64,000 nucleotides of DNA from contig VJWM01000107.1 in NCBI GenBank assembly GCA_010909165.1, forward strand, positions 248,001-312,000, read 5' to 3'. The stretch is from Anthoceros angustus. Its lineage: Eukaryota > Plantae > Anthocerotophyta. The position numbers and the translations under genes are program-made. How positions within the stretch are numbered: position 1 is the stretch's first letter; every line of letters starts with the position of its first letter. Shown piece after piece: positions 36,287 through 50,046 of this stretch. The notes below the pieces were generated by a model. It ran no database searches. It was not told the DNA's origin and saw nothing but the letters and a program-made list of their open reading frames with translations.

Positions 36287-38826
36287 ATGGCTGGAATACT
36301 GTCAGGGGATGCATCAACAGCTGGAGGGGGCTCGGCGATCGCTTCTGGCAAGTTGGAGGAACCTGACCACTCCAGCTCCAATTGGTATTTCGCAAGGGAG
36401 GAGATCGAGCGCCATTCTCCCTCCCGGAAGGACAGCATCGACCTGAAGAAGGAGACCTATTTTCGCAAGTCGTACTGCACCTTTTTGCAGGATCTTGGCA
36501 TGCGCCTGAAAGTGTGAGTAGTCCCTTGCCCCTGTGTCTATGTTGTTGCGCGCTAGATAATAGGGGTTTGTGATGCTCGGCCTGTCGGTGCACCTGAGGG
36601 GCCATGGTTTTATCGTGGAGCAATCTGGTTTGGTGCAGGCCCCAGGTGACTATCGCAACTGCGATAGTTTTCTGTCACCGCTTTTTCCTCCGGCAGTCAC
36701 ATCTCAAGAATGATAGACTTGTGAGTACTCATCAAGTCGATGAGAGGGCTCCGTCTGTGAGAAGGGCGGTTTCCATTCCTTTTCCACTTCCGCCCTAGCC
36801 CTCTTATTTAGTGAGGTGTAGGCTGGGCGGCTCACGCCGATGGTTGTCTTGCAGACGATTGCTACTATCTGCATGTTTCTGGCTGGCAAAGTTGAAGAAA
36901 CCCCGCGTGGGCTTGTTGATGTTATTCTTATGAGTTATGAGATACGATTCAAAAAAGATTCGGCAGCTATCCAGCGGGTGAAATCAAAGCGCCAGGTGAG
37001 CGACGGCCTTGTGTGGTTGGTTGAAGGTTTGCCCAAGGTTGTTCTGGAATTCAAACCTCCAGCTCCATGTGTGGTAAAGCAAAGGCGGTTCTTGCAGGAG
37101 GTGATTGAGGAGCAGAAGGAGCTTGTGCTTGTTGGTGAGCGCCTTGTATTAACAACTCTGGGTTTTGACCTCAATATTCATCATCCGTATAAGCCACTTG
37201 TGGCTGCAATTAAGAAGTTCAAAGTGGCACAGAATGCTCTAGCCCAAGTGGCCTGGAACTTCGTGAATGATGGGTAAGTTCATGCCTAGTGTCTAAACAG
37301 CTCAAAGCTGCTTATTCAGGTGTTTCATTGGCCAGAGGCGTTTTTTACGGCGTTTATGATGGTATGCAATGAATGAAGCAATGGAAGGGGTGTGCAGGCT
37401 GCGCACGTCACTTTGCTTGCAATTCAAACCTCATCACATTGCAGCTGGGGCTATCTTCCTTGCGGCTAAGTTCCTCAAGGTTAAGCTGCCCTCTGATGGT
37501 GAAAAGGTGTGGTGGCAGGAGTTTGAGGTCACTCCAAGACAGTTGGAAGGTAACCATCATATCAGTACCTGATTCAGGACACCCCTGATTAGGGGTGTTT
37601 GAGTGGTTCTCATTAACCTCCGTTGTGTTGAATTTGCAGAAGTGAGTAACCAGATGCTGGAGCTCTACGAACAAAACAAGGCCGGTGGGATTGTTGGCCC
37701 TGGTGCCGGTTCAAAGAGTGATCCTAGTATCAGTGTTGGCATCACGAAGACAGGGCTCGCGACAGCATCACATGACAGGATACATAAGGTGGAGGACGGC
37801 CCAGCAACATCACGAATGGATGACTATGAGGGTCACTCAGCACGCCACAGTGTTGGCACCACTAAGACAGGACAGGTCGCAGCATCTCATGAAAGGATAA
37901 ACAAGTTGGAGGAAGGCCCTGCAGCCTCGAGAATGGATGACTATGAGGGGCACTCAGGACGCCATACTCCTGCCGCAAAATCAGACAAGCATGCAAATGG
38001 TGTGGCTGATCCTAAAATGGCGAATGGACATCATGCTAGCTCAAGGCCAAGTGCAGCTGTCGAGGTAGAGGATGGTGCAGCAAGTCCTCGAACTGATGAT
38101 GATTACGAGGCTCATTCAGCACGGTACACCAGTTCTGTTTCCAATCCTGACAAGCAGAACAATGGCACGGTGGATGTGAAAATGGAGCCAACTGATTGTG
38201 AACCGAGGCAAGCATCTGGGAATGGGGAGTTGAAAGACGGAGAGAGATATGCTGATGGGGAGCTCAAGGTGAAGTCAGAACCTGTGTCGGTGAAAGCTGA
38301 GGTTGTTGAAGAGGATAGGAAGTCGTGGGGAGGTTTGGAGGACAACAAGGACAAGGACAGCGAAAGGTCCAAGCATGATAGGCGTGGGAAGGCTAAATAC
38401 CCTCCTCATAGAGTAGAACAGATGGATGCTGTCCCAGAGAGAGGGGAGGACGGTGAGCTTCCCACCACCAGTGCGCAAGAACCATCCCGTTCACCCAGGC
38501 CTGCAGAGCGGAGAACTTCGATGACCACTTCAGCTGAAAGGAGTGCTAGCCCCTCATCTCAGAAACGGAGATGGGAGAGTCGTGAGCCTCACAGGGGTAG
38601 GGACGGTGGCAGTCATGACAAGTGGGGCGCTGACACAAGGTCGGGAGGGACCAGCACCTACCGGCATGGCGGTCATAACAGGAGCGATGGGCACTATCAC
38701 CACTCGAACTCTTACCCGCATCACCAATACCGGCAGGAAGGGGAGAGAGACCAGCGGTACCATCCAAGAGATAGGGATTGGGAGCGGGACCACAAAAAGC
38801 CTCGTCATGAGCACGGGCAGTACTGA
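36287..38826 (+). CDS. CYCT1: Cyclin T1 (P-TEFb regulatory subunit), 6 exons, long charged C-terminal tail
   Basis: [44 protein letters not shown]|[89 protein letters not shown]. Confidence 0.95.
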
Positions 38827-39631
38827 AGTGTGCCTTTGTAAGACTTCTCCTATACCATACGAGTTGTATTTTGACTACTAAGGTTGTAGGAAATTCTGGA
38901 ATTATTAGAAAGGGCTGTACGCCATTAATTTAAGGGGATGGTTTCGGCCCGTTGAGATGTAAACCAGTCAGAGTTTTCATGGCTGGAACATTCTTTTACA
39001 GTGGATCTGACGTTGGAGGAGTTACGGCTCTTTGAGTCTCAAGGTGGCTGAGGTGTTGCCGATCCTATCATGCCTTTCTATCATGCCTTTGTAGCATACC
39101 CTTGCGGAACAGTGGTTCCCTGTGAGACAGGAATCTTTTCGAAAGAAAAATGAGTTTCAGAGTCTTTCTAAGTTTGCCAACTGCTCAGGTGTAGTTAGTT
39201 TGCTCAAATTTCTGAAGGACGTGTTTAACTGACATATTCATAAATTAGAGTCTTCCTGTTTCATTTCAGTGTAGTTCACACACAGCGACCTGGCGGATTT
39301 TTACGCGTGCATAGTATCAAACATGTACATACAAAACAAGATCCCTGAACCCTTCAGAGCGTTACAGACTTCGCAAGAAGTCTTACACGCGTATCCCCGT
39401 TTCTCATGGCAATATGGCTTGGTTCCCTAAGACCAACGTCAAATCAAGTTTCCAGGGAACGAACAAATTGCCACCATGACCTCCCGTCGTCTCGGGGGTG
39501 GGTACAATCGATTAACGAATCTGGAAAAAATAGGCAAAATATCTTGACCACCATCGAATTGCAGCTAATGACTGTGAAGTACTAGTATACACATCCGGCG
39601 CTTCAAGAGAATGAACTACAAAAATTGGAAG

Positions 39632-41819
<2,188 letters not shown>

Positions 41820-43575
41820 TCAGCGGGCAATGCGAGCCGCAGAAGGGCACGAAGCAAGCCGCCAACACCCCGCCAGGCTCGAACCAGCCACTATAGGAAA
41901 TTCAGATCCGGGAGCAGGGAGAAGGGAGAAGGAAGCAGGGAGCCAGACGCGGACTCGAGGCGGGGGATTGGACCACGCAACGCAGCCGCTCCAAGACACA
42001 CAGCGCAGCGGGCAGCGAGCGTTTGCCCCGTCCCGGCCAAGGCAACCGACAACTTGGTCGTAAAACCTGGCGCCAAATGCGAGACGCTCACGAGGCGGGG
42101 CAAACCAAAGAAGCCAAGAAAACTCTCCTTCTTTTTCTTTCCTTCCGTTCACCCGGTCCACTCCAGTGGCAGCTATATGCAGACTCTACAGTCTGGAAGG
42201 CGTTTTTGGGCTGCGAAAATAGAAAGAGTGAACCCGGAACGCGGAGCGCAGCAGCAACACACTGGACTAGAGAAGCGAGCAGGCGCAGGAACAGAGGCAG
42301 CAGCAGCAGCAGCAGATGTCGCTGCGACGCGAGGCCAAGGCAGCAGCAGGCAGCGAAGTGGTGGCACGCCACAGGCGCGAACGCGCGGGAGCGGCCAGGC
42401 AGATGCGCGCATCAAACCCCGAGATCCCACATAGGCTCCATATCGCCCTCTGCTTTCCCTTAGGGTTCTAGCTTCTGCCACTTGGACCCCGGGCCCTCGT
42501 CCGTCGAGTCCCTCAAATCCTACGTACACACCTCCCGCTCCGCCTGTATCTTCCACACTCCTCATTTTTGCACCTCCACAATGTACTCTGAAAATCCTCC
42601 CTCTCCTCCTCCTCCTCCTCCTTCTGCGTGTCGTGACTCCAACGCAACCTGCTCTCTCCTTCCTCGTGTTACCCCATGCATAATCAACTTCACTCCTTAA
42701 TTACCAGCAGCATTACTTGTCCCAACATGACAAGATTGGTTTGCCGGCTGCTCAGAGCAGCAAGTCTGCATGCCACATGCCCACCTGCGTTGCCATACGG
42801 TAGTCTAGCTCAGAACCTAATCCAGCAATGGCAAGCTGATTTCCCTGTGCGAGACCTTGAGCGTGAGAGCCCCGTAACATGATGAATTGGCAGACGAGGA
42901 GGCATAAATGAACGTCTCGAGCCATTAGTTTCCTCCCCACTTGCGTGTCAGGTGGCAATGTCGGTGGGTTTCCCGAGCCCATCGATGCATCGATGGAAGC
43001 GCGTGCGCACGGCATTGTCGATGAAGCGTGACGTGTCCGCTCCGCCCGTCGACGCTTCATGGTTACGGCAGGAAGCTTGGGCGTCACGGAATTTGTGGGC
43101 GGTACAAATAGGGAGCGGCCGTAGAAACGTTGGCAGTAGAGTGCGAGTGCGGGAAGGAGGACGGCAAGAGCTTCGAGAGGCTAGACCTCTGAGCGGGTGC
43201 TGTATGGGAAAGTCTACACACCCTCACCCAAATGCAAAAGTGTGCTCGAGGGCTGGGGCTCGGGGTACTTTTGCATTTGGGTGCTGATGTGTTGATTTTC
43301 CCCGGCATCCGGGACTGAGTGGCATGCATCTCTCAGATTCAGACATATCCACATTGCACTGGCCGAGAGCGGACGATAAGGAACAGCACACATGCCGTTC
43401 TGGATTTTCATTTCCCTCATTTCTTAATGTCTTCTTGTGAAGACTGGTTGATCTCAAGACACTGCGGCTACGCAGCTTCACGACTCACAACGCGACTCGA
43501 TTCACCTACGCTGGGTGGGGGATGGTCTGTGACGGTCCTCTCCTCCGAAGTGTTTTGTGAGGGACCCGGCCCGGA

Positions 43576-45563
43576 TCAGTCTTTGGTCCTGATTATTGTC
43601 ACTGACCCGGCGCCCTGAGTGTGGATGGTTCTCAGGCTCACCACCGACTTGCCGGAAAGGCCTATTCCGGTTTCCGAGGGATTTGGCCGGCTGGCGTCCT
43701 CGGCAAAGGGCGGAAAAGCTGGAACTCCGGAGCGGGCCTTGGGAGTCGAAATCCGCTGATTTATGTCTTCCAGTGTCACGTTGCCCTCCACTCCAGGAAG
43801 GGGTTTCACGACGTCGAATGGACAGAAGGGCAAGGGTGTCACTGATTTTGGTCTGCGCGGAGTTGATAGCTGGCTGCCTGCAATGGTCACAACAGCAGTA
43901 CAGTGGCTGCCACAGCTCAGAACAAGGTTCGGGAGGGATGGGTTGCTTTGTGTTACCACTTCGCAAACTCACCAGGAGTTGACGGCCTGCTGGGAAAGGG
44001 TGTGCAAGGACCTTGCACTCCCATTGCTTCACGGACTGGACGCCCTACCAGCATCTGCAAACCTGAAAACCACAACCACGTCTCACACTCCACGTCACAT
44101 GAAGAAAGCAGAACATCACCACTGCCATTAACCTTTTCCTTACCTGGGGATGCAAAGGTGGATCGTGACATGGGAATCCTGGGAGACATGTTGTACCAAC
44201 AGATACAAATATTGTCAGGGTGGGAGGAAGAGGGAAAGATAACACGACATCATGCTCAAAAGCACTTCATCCGAGACATGGCTTGGAGCAGAGACCCACG
44301 TCTCATGGTAGTATCGGTCCTGGGGAGTACAAGCCAAACGCTCCACCTTTTGGTCCGCTTGACTTTGCTGAAAGCTTTGCTCAGGCCAGATCTTGGTGTC
44401 CAGGTACTCACTTTCTGCTATCTCGTCCTTGGGGAACTTGGGGAACCCTTCCTGCAGTGTGGGATGCTCATGAACCCAAGCTTGCTCCGGGTGTAACACG
44501 TCTCCTGTGACCATTTGCTGAAGTGGGGAGTGCAGAGCAGATAGCCCCAACCATCCATGCTCCTCGGCACTGGCATTGCTTGCGATGGGACCTGGAGGGA
44601 CATACCGATTTCAGAAGCTGGCAAAACCTGGAGCTGGAACTCATTGCCCTTGCTTGTCCACCTGAGGTGGAAGATCTGAGCCTTGATACATCCACCAAAC
44701 CTGGATTCTATACCAACTTACCAGCATTCGCATACCAATAAGGACTGGAGGAGATGTTGCTCTGGTAACCATATCCCTGTGATGCTTGAGTGAAGGACGA
44801 CTCCTGGGACGACTGTCGGTTGTCACCATATCACAGGCAGGTGAGACAGAGTAAGTATAACTCTCCACAACTTCCCTCTCCTACTACAAGGATGCAAAAG
44901 GAAACTGGGTCCGCTGCACATACGTCAACTTGGTATTCCGGATGCTGAAAGTTGGTGATGTAGTCAGCAGCAGCTGCCTCAGGGTACTCCAACATCCGCC
45001 TCCGTTTCGGCCGAGGGCTGCCGCCAGGATCCAGCTGGGGCTCTAGTGGACACCCCGACATGATGCCATCTGAGCATAACAAGAATCACATTGCATTTCA
45101 GAGGTACGTATAAGCAAACATCATGTCACGGCATTACAACAAGTGATACAAAAGCAGAAAGACACAAAGACAAGGCATTCACGATGTGTGCCCACCTTGA
45201 CTGCATTGCGAGTAGAACACCGATGAAATCTCCGGCACATGGGAGATGGGAGTTCCAGAGTAGGTGGGCCCTGCATGGGCGTCATGCACAGATATCTCGT
45301 CCCACAAGGAAGCAGAGATACCTGCCAAGCGAGCCACAAATCCACTCTGCTGTGAATTGACATGCACCCATCATCCATCCAACCATGACCCATGACCCAC
45401 GACCCACGACCCACAACCCACGACGCTGCGCAATGCTGCAGGGCAGAAACATGAAGAAGCCCAAAGCCCACCAACCTAGCGGATTCCCATCGCAATCGTC
45501 CAGCTTGTAGCAAGCGTCCGTCCAGCTGGGAATTGCGTCGGCATCAATCTTCCTGTTCGCCAT
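43576..45563 (-). CDS. XRI1: XRI1-like (X-ray induced 1 family) protein, multi-exon; start inferred
   Basis: Central KRRRML motif and C-terminal PF..VKP..GVEGNVTLEDINQRI...GLSGKSVVSLRTIHTQG.GSVTIIRTK match the XRI1 family signature. Confidence 0.8.
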
Positions 45564-46320
45564 GCGGCCGGCAGCAGCCTGCGCATGGACGACAAGCAGG
45601 CAGCTGCTCTAGTCTGTAACACACTACCACGAGACACGGAATCTTGCTCCCTCCTGCTCCTGCTGCTGCTGATCTACCAGTACCCCTCTCTCGCCCGCCC
45701 GCGGCTCAGACCGCAGTCGCACTTCACTCAACGCCACACCACACCGCACGTGCCAAGCACCCTCGTCGCCCACAGCATTCCGCAATCCCTCCGCGCAATC
45801 CCGATTCCGATTCCGATTCCAATTGCGCTGCGCAGCGGCAGCACCGGCGGAGAATTACCCCTCTCCCGCAGCATGGCGCACCTGGAGGTCCCAAGGCCCG
45901 GAACCTCGTCGGCAAGAGCGCGGAATTCCGGCGCTACAGGCGAGCCGCGCTCCCGGCAGGGCGCCGCCACTGCCGGAGGCGGCAGCAGCTGCGGCGGCGG
46001 GCGAGGGCGGAGGCGGGTCTCAGCAGCCGGGCAGCCGCCGGCGCCATAGGCCGCGGGGGAAGAGAGCCCTGGAGCAAGGAGCAAAGAGCAAAAAACAAAG
46101 AAAAGAGATGCCGAGGAGGGCAAGAAAGCAAGGAGCAAGGGGCCTGGATCTTGGATTTGGCCTGGCCTGGCCTGCCCTGCCCTGCCGACCTCGAGCCCTG
46201 CTTCTGCTTCTGCCTGCGAGATGCAGAGTGCAGTGCAGTGCAATGCAATGCAACGCAATGCAGCCCAGTGCGATGCGAATGGGATGCAATGCGAATGCGA
46301 CGAAATGGGCAATGCAGCTC
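45385..46320. repeat. GC-rich region with clustered short microsatellites (GACCCAC, CCGATT, CCTGG/CCCTG, GCAAT/GCAGT)
   Basis: Direct reading of 45385-45425, 45800-45820, 46160-46185 and 46225-46300. Confidence 0.7.
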
Positions 46321-47050
46321 GGGCGTGCGGGTGTCAGGGCGGGCGTCGCCCAGAGTCCCAATCCCAGACCCCGTGGATATGTGACGAGCCCGCTGCGAGG
46401 CCAGAGGCAGGGCTCACCCCGCGGGTGCACAAATGCGTCCCCGGCCCTCTGCCCAGCAAGTGCGTTTCCCTCCCCCGGGCTTTGCGGTGCCCACCACGCT
46501 GACGTGGTTTATCGCGCCTTTTTAAGGCCACGCCCCAAACCCAACATCCCTACCATGTGTCCACTCGTGCCCCGCCTCCGCCCTAGGCCCCTAGGCTTAC
46601 CCACTACCTACTGTTCAACTACTCCTTTGCCCAGCTTAGCGCTTGCTTGCGTTTATCGAATTCACCCACCTTCCTTTGGCCTAATCTGGTTCCACATGTG
46701 AATAGACAACCCTGGAGATAAGTGTTTATATGTTATCTAGAAAAGATATTAATATTATATCAATCATAAACAGTTCTGACAAATCCCAAGGGAGAGCGCG
46801 TGGGGAGATCATAGGAGATTGGGAGAGAGTACGGAGGGAGATCCGGAGTTCGTGTGTTCTGTATCTAAACGTTTAAAATAGCCATAGCGTTTTAGTAATA
46901 CTCATTGCCTTCTCGTTTCCTTGCTCTCATATCAAAACTTGTGGGTAGATGTGTTAATCGTAATCCTGTATGACGGATGAGCAAGAGTTAGATGGCAAAC
47001 ATTGTGAACAGCAAAGCTGGAGAGGGAAAGAGTGGAATATATGATATGAG

Positions 47051-47638
47051 TTATGAAACCAAATTTACATTTTGCATTCGCACAATGCTTTTCTCTCCTT
47101 GTTCTTGCATGCCAAGTTCCTCAATGTCCTGGACTTCGAATGCACATTTTGTTTGAACAACAATATGGAACATGTCTAGGTCGTTGAACTTCTCAAACTC
47201 GGAGGGTAGGGTGAGGAGTCTAGGCATATTAGCACCTCGAACGTATCTGCGAATTCCGGTTTCATAATCTTCTCGTTTATCCCAGCCAAGAGCATAAAGT
47301 TTGTCTTCGAGTTGGTCATAGCTTTTGATATGTTCGTTGCTCCAGCGGAATGCAAGAGCTTTGGTAGGAGGTTTCCAACCCACGATATCTGCTCCTCGTT
47401 CTCTTCTTGCTTTGATCAAGCTGCCTCCCCTCTCGGATTTGGTGCCCAAGCTATGTCTTTCAGTGCTAGTCTTGATGGCAGAGACTCTGGCTTCTCTTGC
47501 TTCGTTGATTTTGATCAAGCTCTCTCGGATGAGACTAGCTTCCCTATCCGCGCTTGAACTACCATGAGGTTCTTGTTTCTTTGACTCTTTACTTTCTTGA
47601 AGATTGCTCCACATCACCGCTTTGTTATGTGTAGACAT
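47051..47638 (-). CDS. FPF1 (flowering-promoting factor 1)-like protein with N-terminal extension, intronless
   Basis: KAL....SNEHIKSYDQLEDKLYALGW...LLTLPSEFEKFNDLDMFHIVVQTKCAFEVQD matches the FPF1 core (E.VSSY..LE..L..LGWERY...LISLP.DF.KF...MYDIVVKN...F.VRD). Confidence 0.8.
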   Translation of the reverse strand: MSTHNKAVMWSNLQESKESKKQEPHGSSSADREASLIRESLIKINEAREARVSAIKTSTERHSLGTKSERGGSLIKARRERGADIVGWKPPTKALAFRWSNEHIKSYDQLEDKLYALGWDKREDYETGIRRYVRGANMPRLLTLPSEFEKFNDLDMFHIVVQTKCAFEVQDIEELGMQEQGEKSIVRMQNVNLVS

Positions 47639-50046
47639 CTTGGTTTGGTTTTGAGGGAGGAGAAGAGATGAGGCGGAGGAGGATTGGTAAGCGAGTGGAC
47701 GAAACCCTAAGCAAGGGCGAGTGTGATGCTGTGGGAAATTCGGGGACGTAACATGGAAAGTGCACAAAGAAACGGGAGATGGGTGCAATGCATCATGCCC
47801 GGCACCTGCTCACATGGTGAAGAGGAGGATGAAAATTTGGGTTGTGATCCATTTGCTGCGTTGCCGAAACCAAGGACGCCATACATTTGCCGGACTCCTC
47901 GTCCCGGGAGAGAACCCGCACTCCAGTCCTTATCGCAAAAGGTTGGAGGAGTTGTGGATTCCAAGAGTGGCATTTACATTGCCATCTTTAGCTGGGCATC
48001 TGGCACCCAAAATGCGTGCATCACATAAGGGCAAAGCTGGTGTCATGTGACATGTCACAATGCAGGGCGCAGTGGCCGGCCAGCGGACGGGACGGGACGG
48101 CAACGCTGCAGGAGGAGCGTGCTAGATAGAAAGACTAGATATATCATATCCAGGCTAGGCAAAGGCAACAAAGGCGAAGGCGAGCAACGCACACGCACAC
48201 GCAGGGTGCGGCGTCGATTGTGGAGCTGGTTGCTGCTATCGAGTGACAGCTGTGCGCTTTGGCTCCTGCTATTTGGACTGTTGCTTCGCTCTTTTGCAGT
48301 CTGTTTTTGGCACGGCTGTTGAGTGCTCTGACGCGCGGCTGACTGCAGATCCTTCCTTTTGTGTAGCCGGAATCCGTGTAAACACACCGAAATTCGCCCA
48401 CTTAGGGGTGGAAACCCATGCACAGCGGCCCTGGCCAACGTCTGTAACACAACGGCAAAGGAAGGTTGGAAAGGTCAAAACAACCCACCCAGTCTTCCGG
48501 GGCCAGGGGCAACAGACACAGAAAGCCCACACAGCATATGTATGTGAAAGGCCCAAGGCCCTGCGCCCCCACCAGTGCTGCAGGATGTATGTACTACCAC
48601 CGAGCCAGCCCGGCCAGCCAGACAGCCAGACAGCCAGGCAGCATGGGGGGGTACACACAGCACAGGCGCAGTGAAGGTGATAAAAACATTTCCAATGCCT
48701 GCCGCCTGCCGCCTGTCGCCGGGGCCCGGGCTTCCCTCCACATTCAAGTACCTTCCTGATGCTTCTCCATCCCAGCCCATGCATGGCCTGCCCCTTTCTG
48801 GGACTCTGCAGTGTTTTGTAAGGTGGTAAGTTGTAACTGCCCTGACCCGGATGGAGCCAAGCCAGCAAGCAGGGACCAGGGTAGTGGAAAGGCGTGGGAT
48901 AGGCTGGGCCTGATGAGAGGGGCTGTTACCTGTGGAGTAGGAGGACGGATGTCGTACAGTACACCGAGGATCCGGATCCACTTTTCATACATGTTTACAG
49001 CTGCTACCTGCAGGCCGGTCATCAGCATACGACTGGAAACTGTGATGAGAATGGTGGGTTATGGGTAACGCCACCCGCAAGGCCCAAGGCACGCACCTCG
49101 GGGATGCTCGAAAACGAGCGTGGAAGGAAGGAACCCTTGTACCGAGGCTGGCGCTGGCTAACCCTCAGGCTTACAGATAATGCACACACTGATTTTGGAA
49201 TTGTCTTGATAAAGTTAGCTAACTCCCGTGAGAGAAGGAGGTGATGGGCAACTCACCATGAAAGTTGCGACGGCGTCTAAAATTACAAGATCCCACAATT
49301 CCAGATCCCAGATGATGTCCCCACCATCATGTTGCAAACTGCTTGGTCCACTTATGCTCTTCTTTGATAAATGCAGCAAAGCCGGTGTGACAGCCTTCCG
49401 TCTCTCTCTTCTTCAAACTTGCATCGGTGTCTCACCAGGATTGGACATATCTCACGTGCTGACAGAAGGTAGACTCGTACCCTGCAGCTGGGAAGAACCA
49501 GCAAGATATCAGAGGATGGACGGAAGTCGGTTGTGAGGCATGTGACAAGAATTTAGGCCCCCTTGATGTCGTCAGAACAGTGGTTGACAACCGGAAGACC
49601 CGTCTTCCTCTACATCTGGACAGTGGTCTTGTTGGACATGCGGAAAGAGAAAGCGGCACTACAGCCGAGCCTTGAAGACGGGTGTCATCATACTTTTATG
49701 GTGTGGCTGCAGAACAGATGTAGTCCGTCTTGATACTGGTGCAACAAGACTACGCAGGTGATGTAAAACGAGGAAAGAATCAAGATAATGATACAGATTA
49801 CATACATGGCACCGCTGGCTTCGCTTAACGGCCCCCAACAGCGAAAAAATGTGAACACTAGACTAAGCTGATGTGGACTACTTACCAGAAGATGGACCAG
49901 CACAACACTTGCAGGGGCACAGCAAAAGAAGATGGGACGAGGGCGTGGTGGACAGCTGCACAGTTGTCAGTCTGACAGCCCCAGATGCGCAGCATGACTC
50001 CCATTATTTCTCGTCGGATACCTGATCTATGGCCAGGATGTACAGG

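Noticed and set aside
45585-46701. Several overlapping 150-290-aa ORFs
   Set aside because: Explained by very high GC and microsatellites suppressing stops in all frames; no domain-like content.
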